The translations under genes and the position numbers were made by a program. This document shows, piece by piece, positions 18,535-27,704 of a stretch of 64,000 nt of DNA; the stretch's first letter is position 1; each line of letters begins with the position of its first letter. The DNA is from an uncultured Bacteroidales bacterium (GTDB lineage: Bacteria > Bacteroidota > Bacteroidia > Bacteroidales > Tenuifilaceae), in NCBI GenBank assembly GCA_937926785.1, contig CALBBQ010000013.1, positions 3,209-67,208 of the forward strand, given 5' to 3'. The notes under the pieces were generated by a model that ran no database searches, had not been told where the DNA came from, and saw only the letters and a list, made by a program, of their open reading frames with translations.

Positions 18535-20769
18535 ATGGAAACATACTATTTATTCATCGTAGGAATCCTCTTCTTACTTGCCATTTCGGACCTAATGGTG
18601 GGTGTTGCAAACGACGCTGTTAACTTCCTTAACTCAGCCATTGGTTCAAAGGTTGCAAGCCGGCACTGGATTCTGCTGGTAGCATCAGCAGGAGTTCTGG
18701 TAGGGTCACTGTTTTCAAGCGGCATGATGGAAGTTGCCCGGAAAGGCGTGTTCCGGCCTGAAAATTTCTACTTCAGCGAGATGATGGTAATTTTCCTTGC
18801 CGTTATGATTACCGATGTCATAGTCCTTGACTTTTTTAATACATTCGGCCTACCAACATCCACAACCGTGTCGTTAGTATTTGAGCTTTTAGGCTCAGCT
18901 GTTGCTGTTTCCCTTTACAAAATCATGAATACCCAAGGTGAAACTATAGCAAACCTGGGGAACTACATCAATAGCGGTAAGGCTTTGGCAATTATATCGG
19001 GTATTCTCAGCTCAGTTGTTGTGGCTTTCATTGTAGGTATGGTAGTTCAATACATCGCTCGCCTACTGTTTAGCTTTAACTACCAAAAAAATCTTAAGCT
19101 TGTTGGAGGTATATGGGGTGGGTTTGCCATGACAGCTATTACCTACTTCATCGTGATGAAAGGAATAAAGGACACACCAATAATCCCCAAATACATTTTA
19201 AATTACATATCGGCAAACACCTTTATCATCTTACTTTATAGCTTTGCTATATGGACAACTATATTTCAAGCACTTGTCAGCCTCTTTAAGGTGAACGTGC
19301 TGCGGATAATTGTGCTAATGGGTACTTTTGCCCTTGCACTCTCTTTTGCAGGGAATGATCTGGTTAACTTTATTGGGGTTTCAATGGCAGGTTTAAAAGC
19401 TTACCAGATCCACATGGCAAATCCTGATGTAGCCCCTGATGCACTTAGGATGACAGAACTTGCCGGAGAAGTTAGCACGAACTTTATTTACCTGTTCATA
19501 GCCGGCCTAATAATGGTTATTACCCTTTGGGCTTCGCGAAAAGCCAGAACTGTTACGGATACGGAAGTAGGCCTTGCCCGACAGGATAGCGGAATGGAAC
19601 GATTTGGCAGCACACAGTTTTCGCGAATCATTGTTCGTGTGGCTCTTAGGTTTTCGAAGCGAGTGGATAAAATCACCCCACGTGTTGTTCGCAAATTTGT
19701 GGCAAAGCAGTTTGATACCAGTAGGGCGCCCAAGTATTCGAACCCAAAGGAAGCCCCATCGTTCGATTTGGTTCGCGCTTCGGTTAACATGGTAATGGCT
19801 AGCATTCTGATCAGCTCCGCTACAGCTTTAAAACTTCCTCTCTCAACCACCTACGTTACCTTTATGGTAGCCATGGGTACATCGCTCAGCGATAAGGCCT
19901 GGGGGCGCGAAAGCGCTGTTTACCGTATAACGGGAGTTATTACAGTTATTGCAGGTTGGTTTTTCACTGCTTTAATAACATTCACTCTTGCATTTGCAAT
20001 TGCCACTGCCCTATACTTTGGGAAAGGAATTGCATTGTTCATTCTAATCGTCTTTGCTATTGTCTCAATAATAAAAACGAATCTTTTACACCGAAAGAAA
20101 AGCCAGAAGTTACTGGAAGATGAAGCAATTGACAATGCCAGTATTGTTAACAAGTGTACCAATGAACTTCGCAGGTACCTCAAGCAATCCATTAGGGTAT
20201 TCAATCGCACAATCGATGGCCTAACCACCGAGAATCGGCGCCAGCTCAAGGAGGTTAACGAGGAGGTGGAGACCCTTAACATGGAGGCCAAGCAGATGAA
20301 GTACAATGTTTTCAACGTACTAAAACAACTCGAAGCCGATTCCATTGAAACGGGTCACTACTACGTTCAGGTGATAGACTACCTCCGTGAACTTGCACAC
20401 TCACTCGAGTTCGTCTCTCGTCCAAGTTTACAGCATGTCGAAAACAATCACAAAGGTTTAACCCGCGAGCAGGCTGCAGAGCTAAAAGAGCTTAGCAACC
20501 AGCTTTCAGAACTTTTCGACGATATACTTTTCATGATTAAGCAAAACGATTACACCTGGGTACCTGATGCGGTTAAAAAGCAACAGGATATCATGGAAGA
20601 ACTGAATAAGATTAGAAAAAAACAGGTTAAGCGAATTAAGCAGGGTGAAACCGGAACCCGTAACAGCGTTCTTTATTTAGGTTTACTCAATGAAATTAAA
20701 AACCTGTTGCTCCATACTATCAACATTCTAAAAGCTCAGCGCGACTTCATTCTGAATAATATTGAGTAG
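18535..20769 (+). CDS. Inorganic phosphate transporter (PiT family) with C-terminal PhoU-like helical domain
   Basis: PiT signatures GVANDAVNFLNSAIGS and FAGNDLVNFIG, GLPTSTT, LPLSTTYVTF, then about 230 aa of soluble helical tail. Confidence 0.9.
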   Translation: METYYLFIVGILFLLAISDLMVGVANDAVNFLNSAIGSKVASRHWILLVASAGVLVGSLFSSGMMEVARKGVFRPENFYFSEMMVIFLAVMITDVIVLDFFNTFGLPTSTTVSLVFELLGSAVAVSLYKIMNTQGETIANLGNYINSGKALAIISGILSSVVVAFIVGMVVQYIARLLFSFNYQKNLKLVGGIWGGFAMTAITYFIVMKGIKDTPIIPKYILNYISANTFIILLYSFAIWTTIFQALVSLFKVNVLRIIVLMGTFALALSFAGNDLVNFIGVSMAGLKAYQIHMANPDVAPDALRMTELAGEVSTNFIYLFIAGLIMVITLWASRKARTVTDTEVGLARQDSGMERFGSTQFSRIIVRVALRFSKRVDKITPRVVRKFVAKQFDTSRAPKYSNPKEAPSFDLVRASVNMVMASILISSATALKLPLSTTYVTFMVAMGTSLSDKAWGRESAVYRITGVITVIAGWFFTALITFTLAFAIATALYFGKGIALFILIVFAIVSIIKTNLLHRKKSQKLLEDEAIDNASIVNKCTNELRRYLKQSIRVFNRTIDGLTTENRRQLKEVNEEVETLNMEAKQMKYNVFNVLKQLEADSIETGHYYVQVIDYLRELAHSLEFVSRPSLQHVENNHKGLTREQAAELKELSNQLSELFDDILFMIKQNDYTWVPDAVKKQQDIMEELNKIRKKQVKRIKQGETGTRNSVLYLGLLNEIKNLLLHTINILKAQRDFILNNIE

Positions 20770-20788
20770 CATTACCTCTAAAAACAAG

Positions 20789-20815
20789 AAAACCACAGCA
20801 CTTTGCTGTGGTTTT
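20789..20815. terminator. Bidirectional terminator between PiT and hemerythrin
   Basis: AAAACCACAGCA-CTT-TGCTGTGGTTTT, with A/T tracts on both sides. Confidence 0.8.
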
Positions 20816-20831
20816 TTACTATAAACGCTTT

Positions 20832-21236
20832 TTAAGCCAATGTGAATTTTTTGAAATGCTCCTCGTACGCCTTATCGGATTTTGCTATATGGTTTAGCAG
20901 CCAGTCTCGTAAAAAGGTTAATACGTCAGGCGCAATGGAACTATTACTGCTAAGATTATTTTTAAATTCAGCTACCTTTTGCTTAAAAATCTGATGCTCG
21001 CGGGAATGCTCTGCCCCCATGGCATAGTTGGTAACTCTGAAATAAGTTTCCTCCCTATTGAAGTGGAAAATCGTGTACTTTTCAAGCTCCTCAATCGCGC
21101 TACCTATAATTTCCTTACCCTTACCCTTTGCCATGGCTTCAAATAGCTGGTTGATCAGGTCAAAAAGTTTCTGATGATCCTCGTCAATACTCTTAACGGA
21201 TACGCTTAGCTCAGGTTTCCAGACTGCTATTTTCAT
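20832..21236 (-). CDS. Bacteriohemerythrin
   Basis: WKPELSVSVKSIDEDHQKL, HFNREE, HSREH and WLLNHIAKSD supply the complete di-iron ligand set. Confidence 0.92.
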   Translation of the reverse strand: MKIAVWKPELSVSVKSIDEDHQKLFDLINQLFEAMAKGKGKEIIGSAIEELEKYTIFHFNREETYFRVTNYAMGAEHSREHQIFKQKVAEFKNNLSSNSSIAPDVLTFLRDWLLNHIAKSDKAYEEHFKKFTLA

Positions 21237-21325
21237 ATCGATATAAACTTAAGTTCGTTAAATAAATGTTTCGAGTTAACATCAAGCAAAGATACATGAA
21301 AGGATAAATGAATATGAGCTTTTAG

Positions 21326-22018
21326 CTAGGAGGTAAACTTGTAGCCAACCCCTTTGACAGTCTTTATGTATTCTTCGCCCAGCTTTTCCCTGAGCTTGCG
21401 GATATGAACATCAATGGTGCGATCACCTACTACAATATCGTCGCCCCACACAGCCTGGTAAATTTCATCGCGGGTGAACACCTTCTGGGGTTTGCTGTAA
21501 AGCAAAGCCAGCAACTCAAATTCCTTTTTAGGAAGTGAAAACTCCTGACCATTCAGGTAAACCACATATCGTTCTTTATCAATAAAAATACCTTCAGTAG
21601 GTACAGCTTCGGATTCAGCAGATTCAGCGAGATGCCCTCCACTCCTTTTTAGCAAGGCCTTTATGCGGCTTATAAGAACCTTTGGCTTTATTGGTTTAGT
21701 AATATAATCATCGCCACCCGCATCAAAACCTGCAATCTGGCTATAGTCCTCGCTTCGTGCAGTTAGAAATGCTATCAACGTGTTCTTGGTGGCAGGTTGA
21801 TTCCTAAGCTCCTCGCAGGTTTCCATACCATCCATATCGGGCATCATCACATCAAGCAATATCAGGTGTGGTTTAAAGCTCAGCGTTTTTTCAATTGCTA
21901 AACGGCCATTTGAGGCAGAATCGACTTGAAACCCTTCCTTTTTTAAATTGTAACTTAAAAATTCAACAATGTCTGGTTCATCGTCAACAACCAGAATTCG
22001 ATACTTCGATGTATCCAT
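21326..22018 (-). CDS. OmpR/PhoB-family response regulator (PhoP-like)
   Basis: ILVVDDEPDI, LLDVMMPDMDG, DDYITKP, winged helix KEFELL..DRTIDVHIRKLREKLG..IKTVKGVGY. Confidence 0.92.
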   Translation of the reverse strand: MDTSKYRILVVDDEPDIVEFLSYNLKKEGFQVDSASNGRLAIEKTLSFKPHLILLDVMMPDMDGMETCEELRNQPATKNTLIAFLTARSEDYSQIAGFDAGGDDYITKPIKPKVLISRIKALLKRSGGHLAESAESEAVPTEGIFIDKERYVVYLNGQEFSLPKKEFELLALLYSKPQKVFTRDEIYQAVWGDDIVVGDRTIDVHIRKLREKLGEEYIKTVKGVGYKFTS

Positions 22019-22040
22019 ACTTTATAGATATTTAGATTCA

Positions 22041-22169
22041 CAAATATATAACCGTGCAGTAAAGTACCAAGTTAATTATAAGCTAACAATTAAGCAAGTA
22101 CATTCAGGTTACGTTAACAAAAGCGTAACATTTACTTAAAGTTCATGCCATTTAATGTGCCTTACTTTG
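22041..22169. promoter_or_regulatory. Divergent promoter region with two sets of 11-bp-spaced TAAC boxes
   Basis: Minus-strand TATATTTG (22048-22041) with boxes at 22071 and 22082. Plus-strand boxes GTTAAC 22113, CGTAAC 22124, CTTAAA 22135 and a -7 variant TTACTTTG at 22162. Confidence 0.65.
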
Positions 22170-22205
22170 CAGCGTAAAATATACAGAGGTAACAAGAACT
22201 ACAAT

Positions 22206-25019
22206 ATGATAAAGTTGGCTAATTTTAAACAGGTTTTGCTCCTCGTGTTGGGGCTTTTCGTTTTTTTTAAGGCAGTTGCACAAAAAGGTTCCATAGAGGG
22301 TGTTGTATTCGACAAAGTTAGAAACGAGACACTGGTTGGTGCTAATGTGATAATTGAGGGTACCACCATGGGTACCATTACCGACTTCGATGGCAGATTC
22401 TTACTTCCCAACCTAGCACCCGGGACATACAACGTGCTAATCTCCTTTATTTCTTATCAACCAGTTGTACTCCAATCGATTAAGGTTGAAGCCAATAAAA
22501 GTACTGTCATCAAAGCAGAGCTGCAAGAAATCACAACTGCAATTGAAGGTGTTACCGTAACTGCAGCGCGAAAAACCAACACCGAGATGGCCATGATCAG
22601 TACAATTAAAGCCAGCCTAACAGTGGCCAGCGGTATCTCTGCCCAACAGATTACCCGTTCCCAAGATCGCGATGCTTCAGAGGTAATCCGCCGTGTGCCC
22701 GGCGTTTCAATTATCGACGACCGATTTGTGGTTGTACGAGGGTTAAACCAGCGATACAACAACGCCTGGATAAACAATGCCTCTACCCCATCGAGCGAAG
22801 CCGACCAGAAGGCTTTCTCATTTGATGTTATTCCTAGTGCCATGATTGATAACATGGTGATATACAAAAGCCCTTCGCCTGAACTTCCGGCCGACTTTAC
22901 CGGTGGTTTCATTAAAATCTTTACTAAAAACATGCCTGAAGAAGATTTCTTCAGCATTGGTTACACAACCGGATACAATACCAGTACCGATTACCAGAAT
23001 GTAAAACTGATTACCAGGTCAAGCACCGATTGGTTGGGATACGATAATGGAACCCGAAACTTACCTGAAAAATTCCCATCTACCCTGAAAGGATTAACAA
23101 ACACTCAGCTGGCCAACTATGGTAAAATGCTGAATTCCTACTGGGCCCCCAATAGTGTAAATGCTTATCCCGATCAAAAAGCGAATGTTTCATTTGGCAA
23201 GAAATGGCAAAAAGGAAACCGACGACTAGGTAATATTACATCAATCACGTATAGTAATACCTACGAAACCGATGCCTTGCTGAATAAAGGGTATCAGGTG
23301 CAGCTTGCGCCAGGAATAAATCCTCCTCTTAACTTTGATTTTGTGGATAGTACCTACGTACAAAACGTAAAGATAGGCTTACTCCACAACTGGTCGTTAT
23401 TCACTGGCAAATCCAGTAAGATTGAGTTTCGTAACCTTTTCAACCTTATCGCAAAAAATAAAACAATTGTACGCAATGGATATAGCGGCTACGAAGGTTA
23501 CACCATTCGGTCGTACCAGGATAACTTCATGAACCGAACCACATACTCAACCCAGCTTGGAGGTGAGCACCGCTGGGGGGAGAACAGCAATAACAAGATC
23601 GATTGGATAGTAGGGTATGCGCTTTCGTACCGAAACGAGCCCGACCTTAAGCAACTCCGAACCACCCTTCAGGATGAGCCACTACTACCACACTACAATG
23701 AGTACTATGCTGGTATTGGCCTAACCCCATCGGTGAGCGATGCCGGCAGGCTTTACATGAAACTTATAGAACATGTAACAAACGCCGGAGTTAATTTTGA
23801 GCGACAGCTAAACATAGGTAACTGGAAACCCACGCTAAAGTCCGGGATTTACAGCGAATTTAAAATGCGTAGCTTTGATGCCCGCATTCTGGGATTTGCC
23901 AAGAACTCATCATACACCGAATCGGTTTGGCTACCTATAGATAAAATCTTCAGCTTGGAAAACATAAACACAACACCCGATGGTTTCCTGCTGAAGGAAT
24001 CCACTTCAAAATCGGATTCCTACGAAGTAAACAGCCTACTCAACGCAGGCTATGCGTCCGTAAATACAAAGATTACAGAAAAATTATCAATCTTTGGGGG
24101 AATTCGGGCTGAGTGGGTTAATCAGCAGCTGAATAGTTACGACCGATACGGCATGCCCATTACCGCTGAAGACAAAAGCATAGACCTATTCCCTTCGGCA
24201 AACCTTACCTTTAACTTTAGCGAGAAAAATCTTCTAAGACTTGCGGCCGGTTTATCGATAAATCGCCCTGAATTCAGAGAGATTGCCCCCTTCTACTTCT
24301 ACAATTTTAATGAGGAGGCTGAGTTTGTAGGCAACCCCGACATCAAAAACTGCTACATTTGGAACTACGACCTACGTTGGGAAATATATCCAAGCTCGGG
24401 GGAAACCTTTTCCATCGGAACATTCTACAAAAAATTTAACGGGCCCATTGAGCTAATATTCAAACCTGCCGGCAATCGGTTTCTTTTTACCTATGAAAAC
24501 GCATCGGATGCTTATAGCATGGGAGTAGAAATGGATCTTCGTAAATCATTGGAATCAATAGGATTCCTCAAGAATTTCTACATTGTTGCAAACGCTGCAT
24601 ACATTCACAGCCAAGTGGTTTTCCCAAAAGAAAGTATTTTTAGAAATCGACCCATGCAGGGTCAATCGCCCTATGTGGTTAATGCAGGCATTTTTTATCA
24701 AAACGAAAAGCAGAAGCTGAGTGTTTCGGTACAGTACAACATAATTGGTGATAGAATTTTAGCCGTAGGGATTCCCTTCCAAAACCAGGAGCAGGACATT
24801 CCGGATTACTATGAAAAACACCAACACCTTCTTGATGTGACTTTAACAAAACAATTTGGCAAACACGTTGAAATTAAAGCAGGCGTAAAAAATTTGCTGA
24901 ACCAAAAGATAAATATCTACCAGCCATTTAAAGGTGACAACGGATCGGATATGAATTTGGATAATAAGATTAGCTCACCTGGAATTTCTTTTAGCATTGG
25001 AACAAGCATTAGATTTTAG
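22206..25019 (+). CDS. TonB-dependent receptor, probably phosphate-regulated
   Basis: ATG at 22206 (track starts at 22155). Signal peptide, GSIEGVVFDK..LVGANV, plug RRVPGVSII..VRGLNQRYN, NRPEFREIAPF, QGQSPYVVN and C-terminal Phe. Confidence 0.92.
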   Translation: MIKLANFKQVLLLVLGLFVFFKAVAQKGSIEGVVFDKVRNETLVGANVIIEGTTMGTITDFDGRFLLPNLAPGTYNVLISFISYQPVVLQSIKVEANKSTVIKAELQEITTAIEGVTVTAARKTNTEMAMISTIKASLTVASGISAQQITRSQDRDASEVIRRVPGVSIIDDRFVVVRGLNQRYNNAWINNASTPSSEADQKAFSFDVIPSAMIDNMVIYKSPSPELPADFTGGFIKIFTKNMPEEDFFSIGYTTGYNTSTDYQNVKLITRSSTDWLGYDNGTRNLPEKFPSTLKGLTNTQLANYGKMLNSYWAPNSVNAYPDQKANVSFGKKWQKGNRRLGNITSITYSNTYETDALLNKGYQVQLAPGINPPLNFDFVDSTYVQNVKIGLLHNWSLFTGKSSKIEFRNLFNLIAKNKTIVRNGYSGYEGYTIRSYQDNFMNRTTYSTQLGGEHRWGENSNNKIDWIVGYALSYRNEPDLKQLRTTLQDEPLLPHYNEYYAGIGLTPSVSDAGRLYMKLIEHVTNAGVNFERQLNIGNWKPTLKSGIYSEFKMRSFDARILGFAKNSSYTESVWLPIDKIFSLENINTTPDGFLLKESTSKSDSYEVNSLLNAGYASVNTKITEKLSIFGGIRAEWVNQQLNSYDRYGMPITAEDKSIDLFPSANLTFNFSEKNLLRLAAGLSINRPEFREIAPFYFYNFNEEAEFVGNPDIKNCYIWNYDLRWEIYPSSGETFSIGTFYKKFNGPIELIFKPAGNRFLFTYENASDAYSMGVEMDLRKSLESIGFLKNFYIVANAAYIHSQVVFPKESIFRNRPMQGQSPYVVNAGIFYQNEKQKLSVSVQYNIIGDRILAVGIPFQNQEQDIPDYYEKHQHLLDVTLTKQFGKHVEIKAGVKNLLNQKINIYQPFKGDNGSDMNLDNKISSPGISFSIGTSIRF

Positions 25020-25079
25020 AACTGATATAGGTTGGGATTATCAAGGAAAACCGGGTGAAGAAATTGCATCCGTTTTTTT

Positions 25080-25147
25080 ATTTACATAAACTTAACATTT
25101 ATATCATCTTATGATAATAATCAGGCAATATTTCTCCACTTACTTTG
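25080..25147 (+). promoter_or_regulatory. Degenerate in-phase TAAC boxes and -7 element upstream of the small NTE-domain gene
   Basis: TTTTAC 25080, CTTAAC 25091, TATCAT 25102, GATAAT 25113 (11-bp steps); TTACTTTG at 25140. Confidence 0.4.
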
Positions 25148-25178
25148 TGGCAGTAAAAAATTGGAAAATTTTGATAAA

Positions 25179-25526
25179 ATGAAAAAAATACTCTCACTCG
25201 CAATCATCAGTTTACTTGCCCTAAGTGCAAATGCAAAAACTGAGGACGTTAAAAAAGAAAGTTCTGCTGAACCTGCAGTAAGTAGCATGGTTCAAACCAT
25301 TCAGGGAAAGGTAGTAGATAAATCGACCGGCGAAGCCCTGGCTGGCGTTTCGGTAAAGGTTGATGACAACACGGTTGTTTACACAGATTTTGAAGGCAAC
25401 TTCACCATAAAACTATCCCAGCCTAAAGCGAAGCTCTCAGTTAGTCTTATCTCATACTCTCCGGCAGAGGTTGAGATTAGTAAAAAAGCAAAGGAAGTTA
25501 AAATTGAGCTCAAGACCATAGAATAA
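25179..25526 (+). CDS. Small exported protein made only of a carboxypeptidase-regulatory-like (SusC N-terminal extension type) domain
   Basis: ATG at 25179. Signal peptide ending ANA, IQGKVVDKSTGEALAGVSV, YTDFEGNFTI, SLISY. Confidence 0.82.
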   Translation: MKKILSLAIISLLALSANAKTEDVKKESSAEPAVSSMVQTIQGKVVDKSTGEALAGVSVKVDDNTVVYTDFEGNFTIKLSQPKAKLSVSLISYSPAEVEISKKAKEVKIELKTIE

Positions 25527-25551
25527 AACTCCACACACTGCCTGTTAAACC

Positions 25552-25585
25552 AGAGTCGGATGCTGTAATCCGGCTCTTTTTTTTT
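25552..25585 (+). terminator. Rho-independent terminator
   Basis: AGAGTCGGAT-GCTGTA-ATCCGGCTCT followed by T8. Confidence 0.8.
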
Positions 25586-25598
25586 ATCCTAAAAACCA

Positions 25599-25677
25599 GT
25601 TAACCATAATGTAACAAACTGCTAATGTAAAGCTAAACTACGCTTAACGCTTAAGTTTCTGCCAGTAGATACTTTTG
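25599..25677 (+). promoter_or_regulatory. Five 11-bp-period repeats (candidate Pho box) plus -7 element of the beta-helix lipoprotein
   Basis: GTTAAC 25599, TGTAAC 25610, GCTAAT 25621, GCTAAA 25632, CTTAAC 25643; TACTTTTG at 25670-25677. Confidence 0.72.
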
Positions 25678-25721
25678 GAGCGTGAAAATGAAAAAACACT
25701 AACCACTAAATAATCTGATGT

Positions 25722-27062
25722 ATGAATCGAAACAAAAGTAACCTGCTCTTGCTAGTTTTAGCCCTTATGGGATTAATAGCAACGTCGTGCGACAAAGAAA
25801 AAGAAGAACCAAAAGGAACCAAAAAAACTGTTTCCGGAGCAATCACGCAGAACACCCTTTGGGAATCAAAAGACACCATTATTCTGGATGGTTTCGTTTA
25901 CGTTAAATCAGGAGCTGTCCTAACCATTGAACCCGGAACCATTATTAAAGGGTTAAGCGACACAAAAGCGTGTTTAATTGTTGAACGTGGGGCAAGAATA
26001 ATGGCAAACGGCACTGCCGATAAACCCATAGTGTTCACCAGCGATAAACCTGTAGGTCAACGTAAACCAGGCGACTGGGCTGGGATAATAATCTGTGGTA
26101 AAGCCCCCATTAACCAAACTGGCGGCGAGGCCGAAATTGAAGGTGGAACGGGTGCAGTATATGGCGGAACCGATCCTAACGATAACTCGGGAGTGCTACG
26201 CTATGTACGCATTGAATTTGCCGGATTCGAAGTTTCCAATGGTAATGAGATTAATGGTTTAACCATGGGAGGTGTAGGTAAGGGTACCACCATTGAATAC
26301 GTACAGGTATCATTTGGGCGTGATGACTCGTTCGAATGGTTTGGCGGAACCGTTAATGCAAAATACCTAGTATCGTACCGTGGTGGCGACGACGACTTTG
26401 ATACCGATAACGGTTTTAGCGGTAATGTTCAGTTTGGTTTCATACTCCGCGGACCAGAGGAAGCCGATAAAACAGATGCTTCGAACGGTTTTGAATCCGA
26501 TAATGATGCTAGCGGCTCATCCAATGCACCTCTTACCTCCGCAAAGTTCAGCAATATCACCATTCTTGGCCCATATGCGACAAAAACACAAGCTAACGTT
26601 AACCCCAACCACAAGTATGGCTTAAGGCTTCGCCGAAACACTCGCTTAAACCTTTACAACTCAATAATAGCAGGATTTAACACGGGTATCTCCTTAGAAG
26701 GCCCATCGATGAGCCTTTACAATGCTCAAAATGGCCCTGAAATTAAGAACTGCCTCATGGCCGGCATGATTAAGAACTTCAATGCCAAGACCGATGGTAC
26801 CAGCTTAACCCAGGCTGAATACGAAACCATGTTTAGCAATGGCAACAATACGCTTTATAATGAGAATAGCGACCTTAAACTTGCCAATGCTTGGAACTGG
26901 GGTAATGTTAACCCCATGCCACAGGCTGGCTCACCAGCCCTCAGCGGCGCATCGTTCACCGGGCTTACCGGATTCGACGTGGTTACTTTCCGTGGCGCAT
27001 TCGGAACACAAAACTGGACTGAAGGATGGTGTAACTGGGATCCACAAAACACCCAATACTAG
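25722..27062 (+). CDS. Surface lipoprotein with parallel beta-helix (pectin-lyase-like) repeats, function unknown
   Basis: Lipobox IATSC. LTIEPGTIIKG, GTADKPIVFTS, SGVLRYVRIEFAG and acidic turns DDSFEWFGG, GDDDFDTDNG, NGFESDND. Confidence 0.8.
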   Translation: MNRNKSNLLLLVLALMGLIATSCDKEKEEPKGTKKTVSGAITQNTLWESKDTIILDGFVYVKSGAVLTIEPGTIIKGLSDTKACLIVERGARIMANGTADKPIVFTSDKPVGQRKPGDWAGIIICGKAPINQTGGEAEIEGGTGAVYGGTDPNDNSGVLRYVRIEFAGFEVSNGNEINGLTMGGVGKGTTIEYVQVSFGRDDSFEWFGGTVNAKYLVSYRGGDDDFDTDNGFSGNVQFGFILRGPEEADKTDASNGFESDNDASGSSNAPLTSAKFSNITILGPYATKTQANVNPNHKYGLRLRRNTRLNLYNSIIAGFNTGISLEGPSMSLYNAQNGPEIKNCLMAGMIKNFNAKTDGTSLTQAEYETMFSNGNNTLYNENSDLKLANAWNWGNVNPMPQAGSPALSGASFTGLTGFDVVTFRGAFGTQNWTEGWCNWDPQNTQY

Positions 27063-27083
27063 AGGATAAAATTTTACAAAATG

Positions 27084-27115
27084 AAAAAACTTCCCGATAT
27101 TCGGGAAGTTTTTTT
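27084..27115 (+). terminator. Rho-independent terminator
   Basis: AAAAAACTTCCCGA-TAT-TCGGGAAGTTTTTT. Confidence 0.85.
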
Positions 27116-27160
27116 GCACCCTTTTTGCAGTAAATTTCGTAAAAAACTAAAAAAAATATC

Positions 27161-27619
27161 ATGAAAGCATTGCTCGTTTTACTTTTTTCAGCTTTTTCTT
27201 TGATTGGCTTTGCCCAGTCTAACGTTGTTGAGCGTGAAGGTAAGTATTTTGACGGTAATGGAAACCCATACAATGGAAGCTATGTTACATATTTCGACAA
27301 CGGTAGCTTAAGAGTAGAAGCCAAAATAGTTAATGGCCTGCCCGATGGTATCATGAAGATATACTTCCCAAACGGCAAACTTCAGGAAATTAGAACCTAC
27401 ACTGCGGGAGAAAAGGATGGGCGCTGGGAAAAATGGAATGAAAAAGGAATTAAGGTTTCCGAGGCCAACTTTGTTAAAGGGAAAAAACACGGAAAATGGT
27501 ATGTGTGGGATGACAAGGGTGTGCTCCGCTACGATATGACCTACAACAATGGGGAAAAAAGCGGAACATGGATAATATATGACGAGAACGGAAAAGAAAC
27601 CTCACGCAAAGAGTACTAA
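27161..27619 (+). CDS. Exported MORN-variant repeat protein (YwqK-like annotation class)
   Basis: Signal peptide and repeated G.W..(W/Y)...G.......Y..G units. Confidence 0.8.
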   Translation: MKALLVLLFSAFSLIGFAQSNVVEREGKYFDGNGNPYNGSYVTYFDNGSLRVEAKIVNGLPDGIMKIYFPNGKLQEIRTYTAGEKDGRWEKWNEKGIKVSEANFVKGKKHGKWYVWDDKGVLRYDMTYNNGEKSGTWIIYDENGKETSRKEY

Positions 27620-27704
27620 CCCCTCAGATTTGTTTTAAAAAGTATTACATTTGGCATCAAAATTCATATGCCTGTTTTCGCTATTGAATCAATTCCGATG
27701 CTAA

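Noticed and set aside
27161-27619. Toxin-antitoxin system (YwqK antitoxin label)
   Set aside because: No toxin gene is adjacent; this is a signal-peptide MORN-repeat protein and the label is a common over-annotation.
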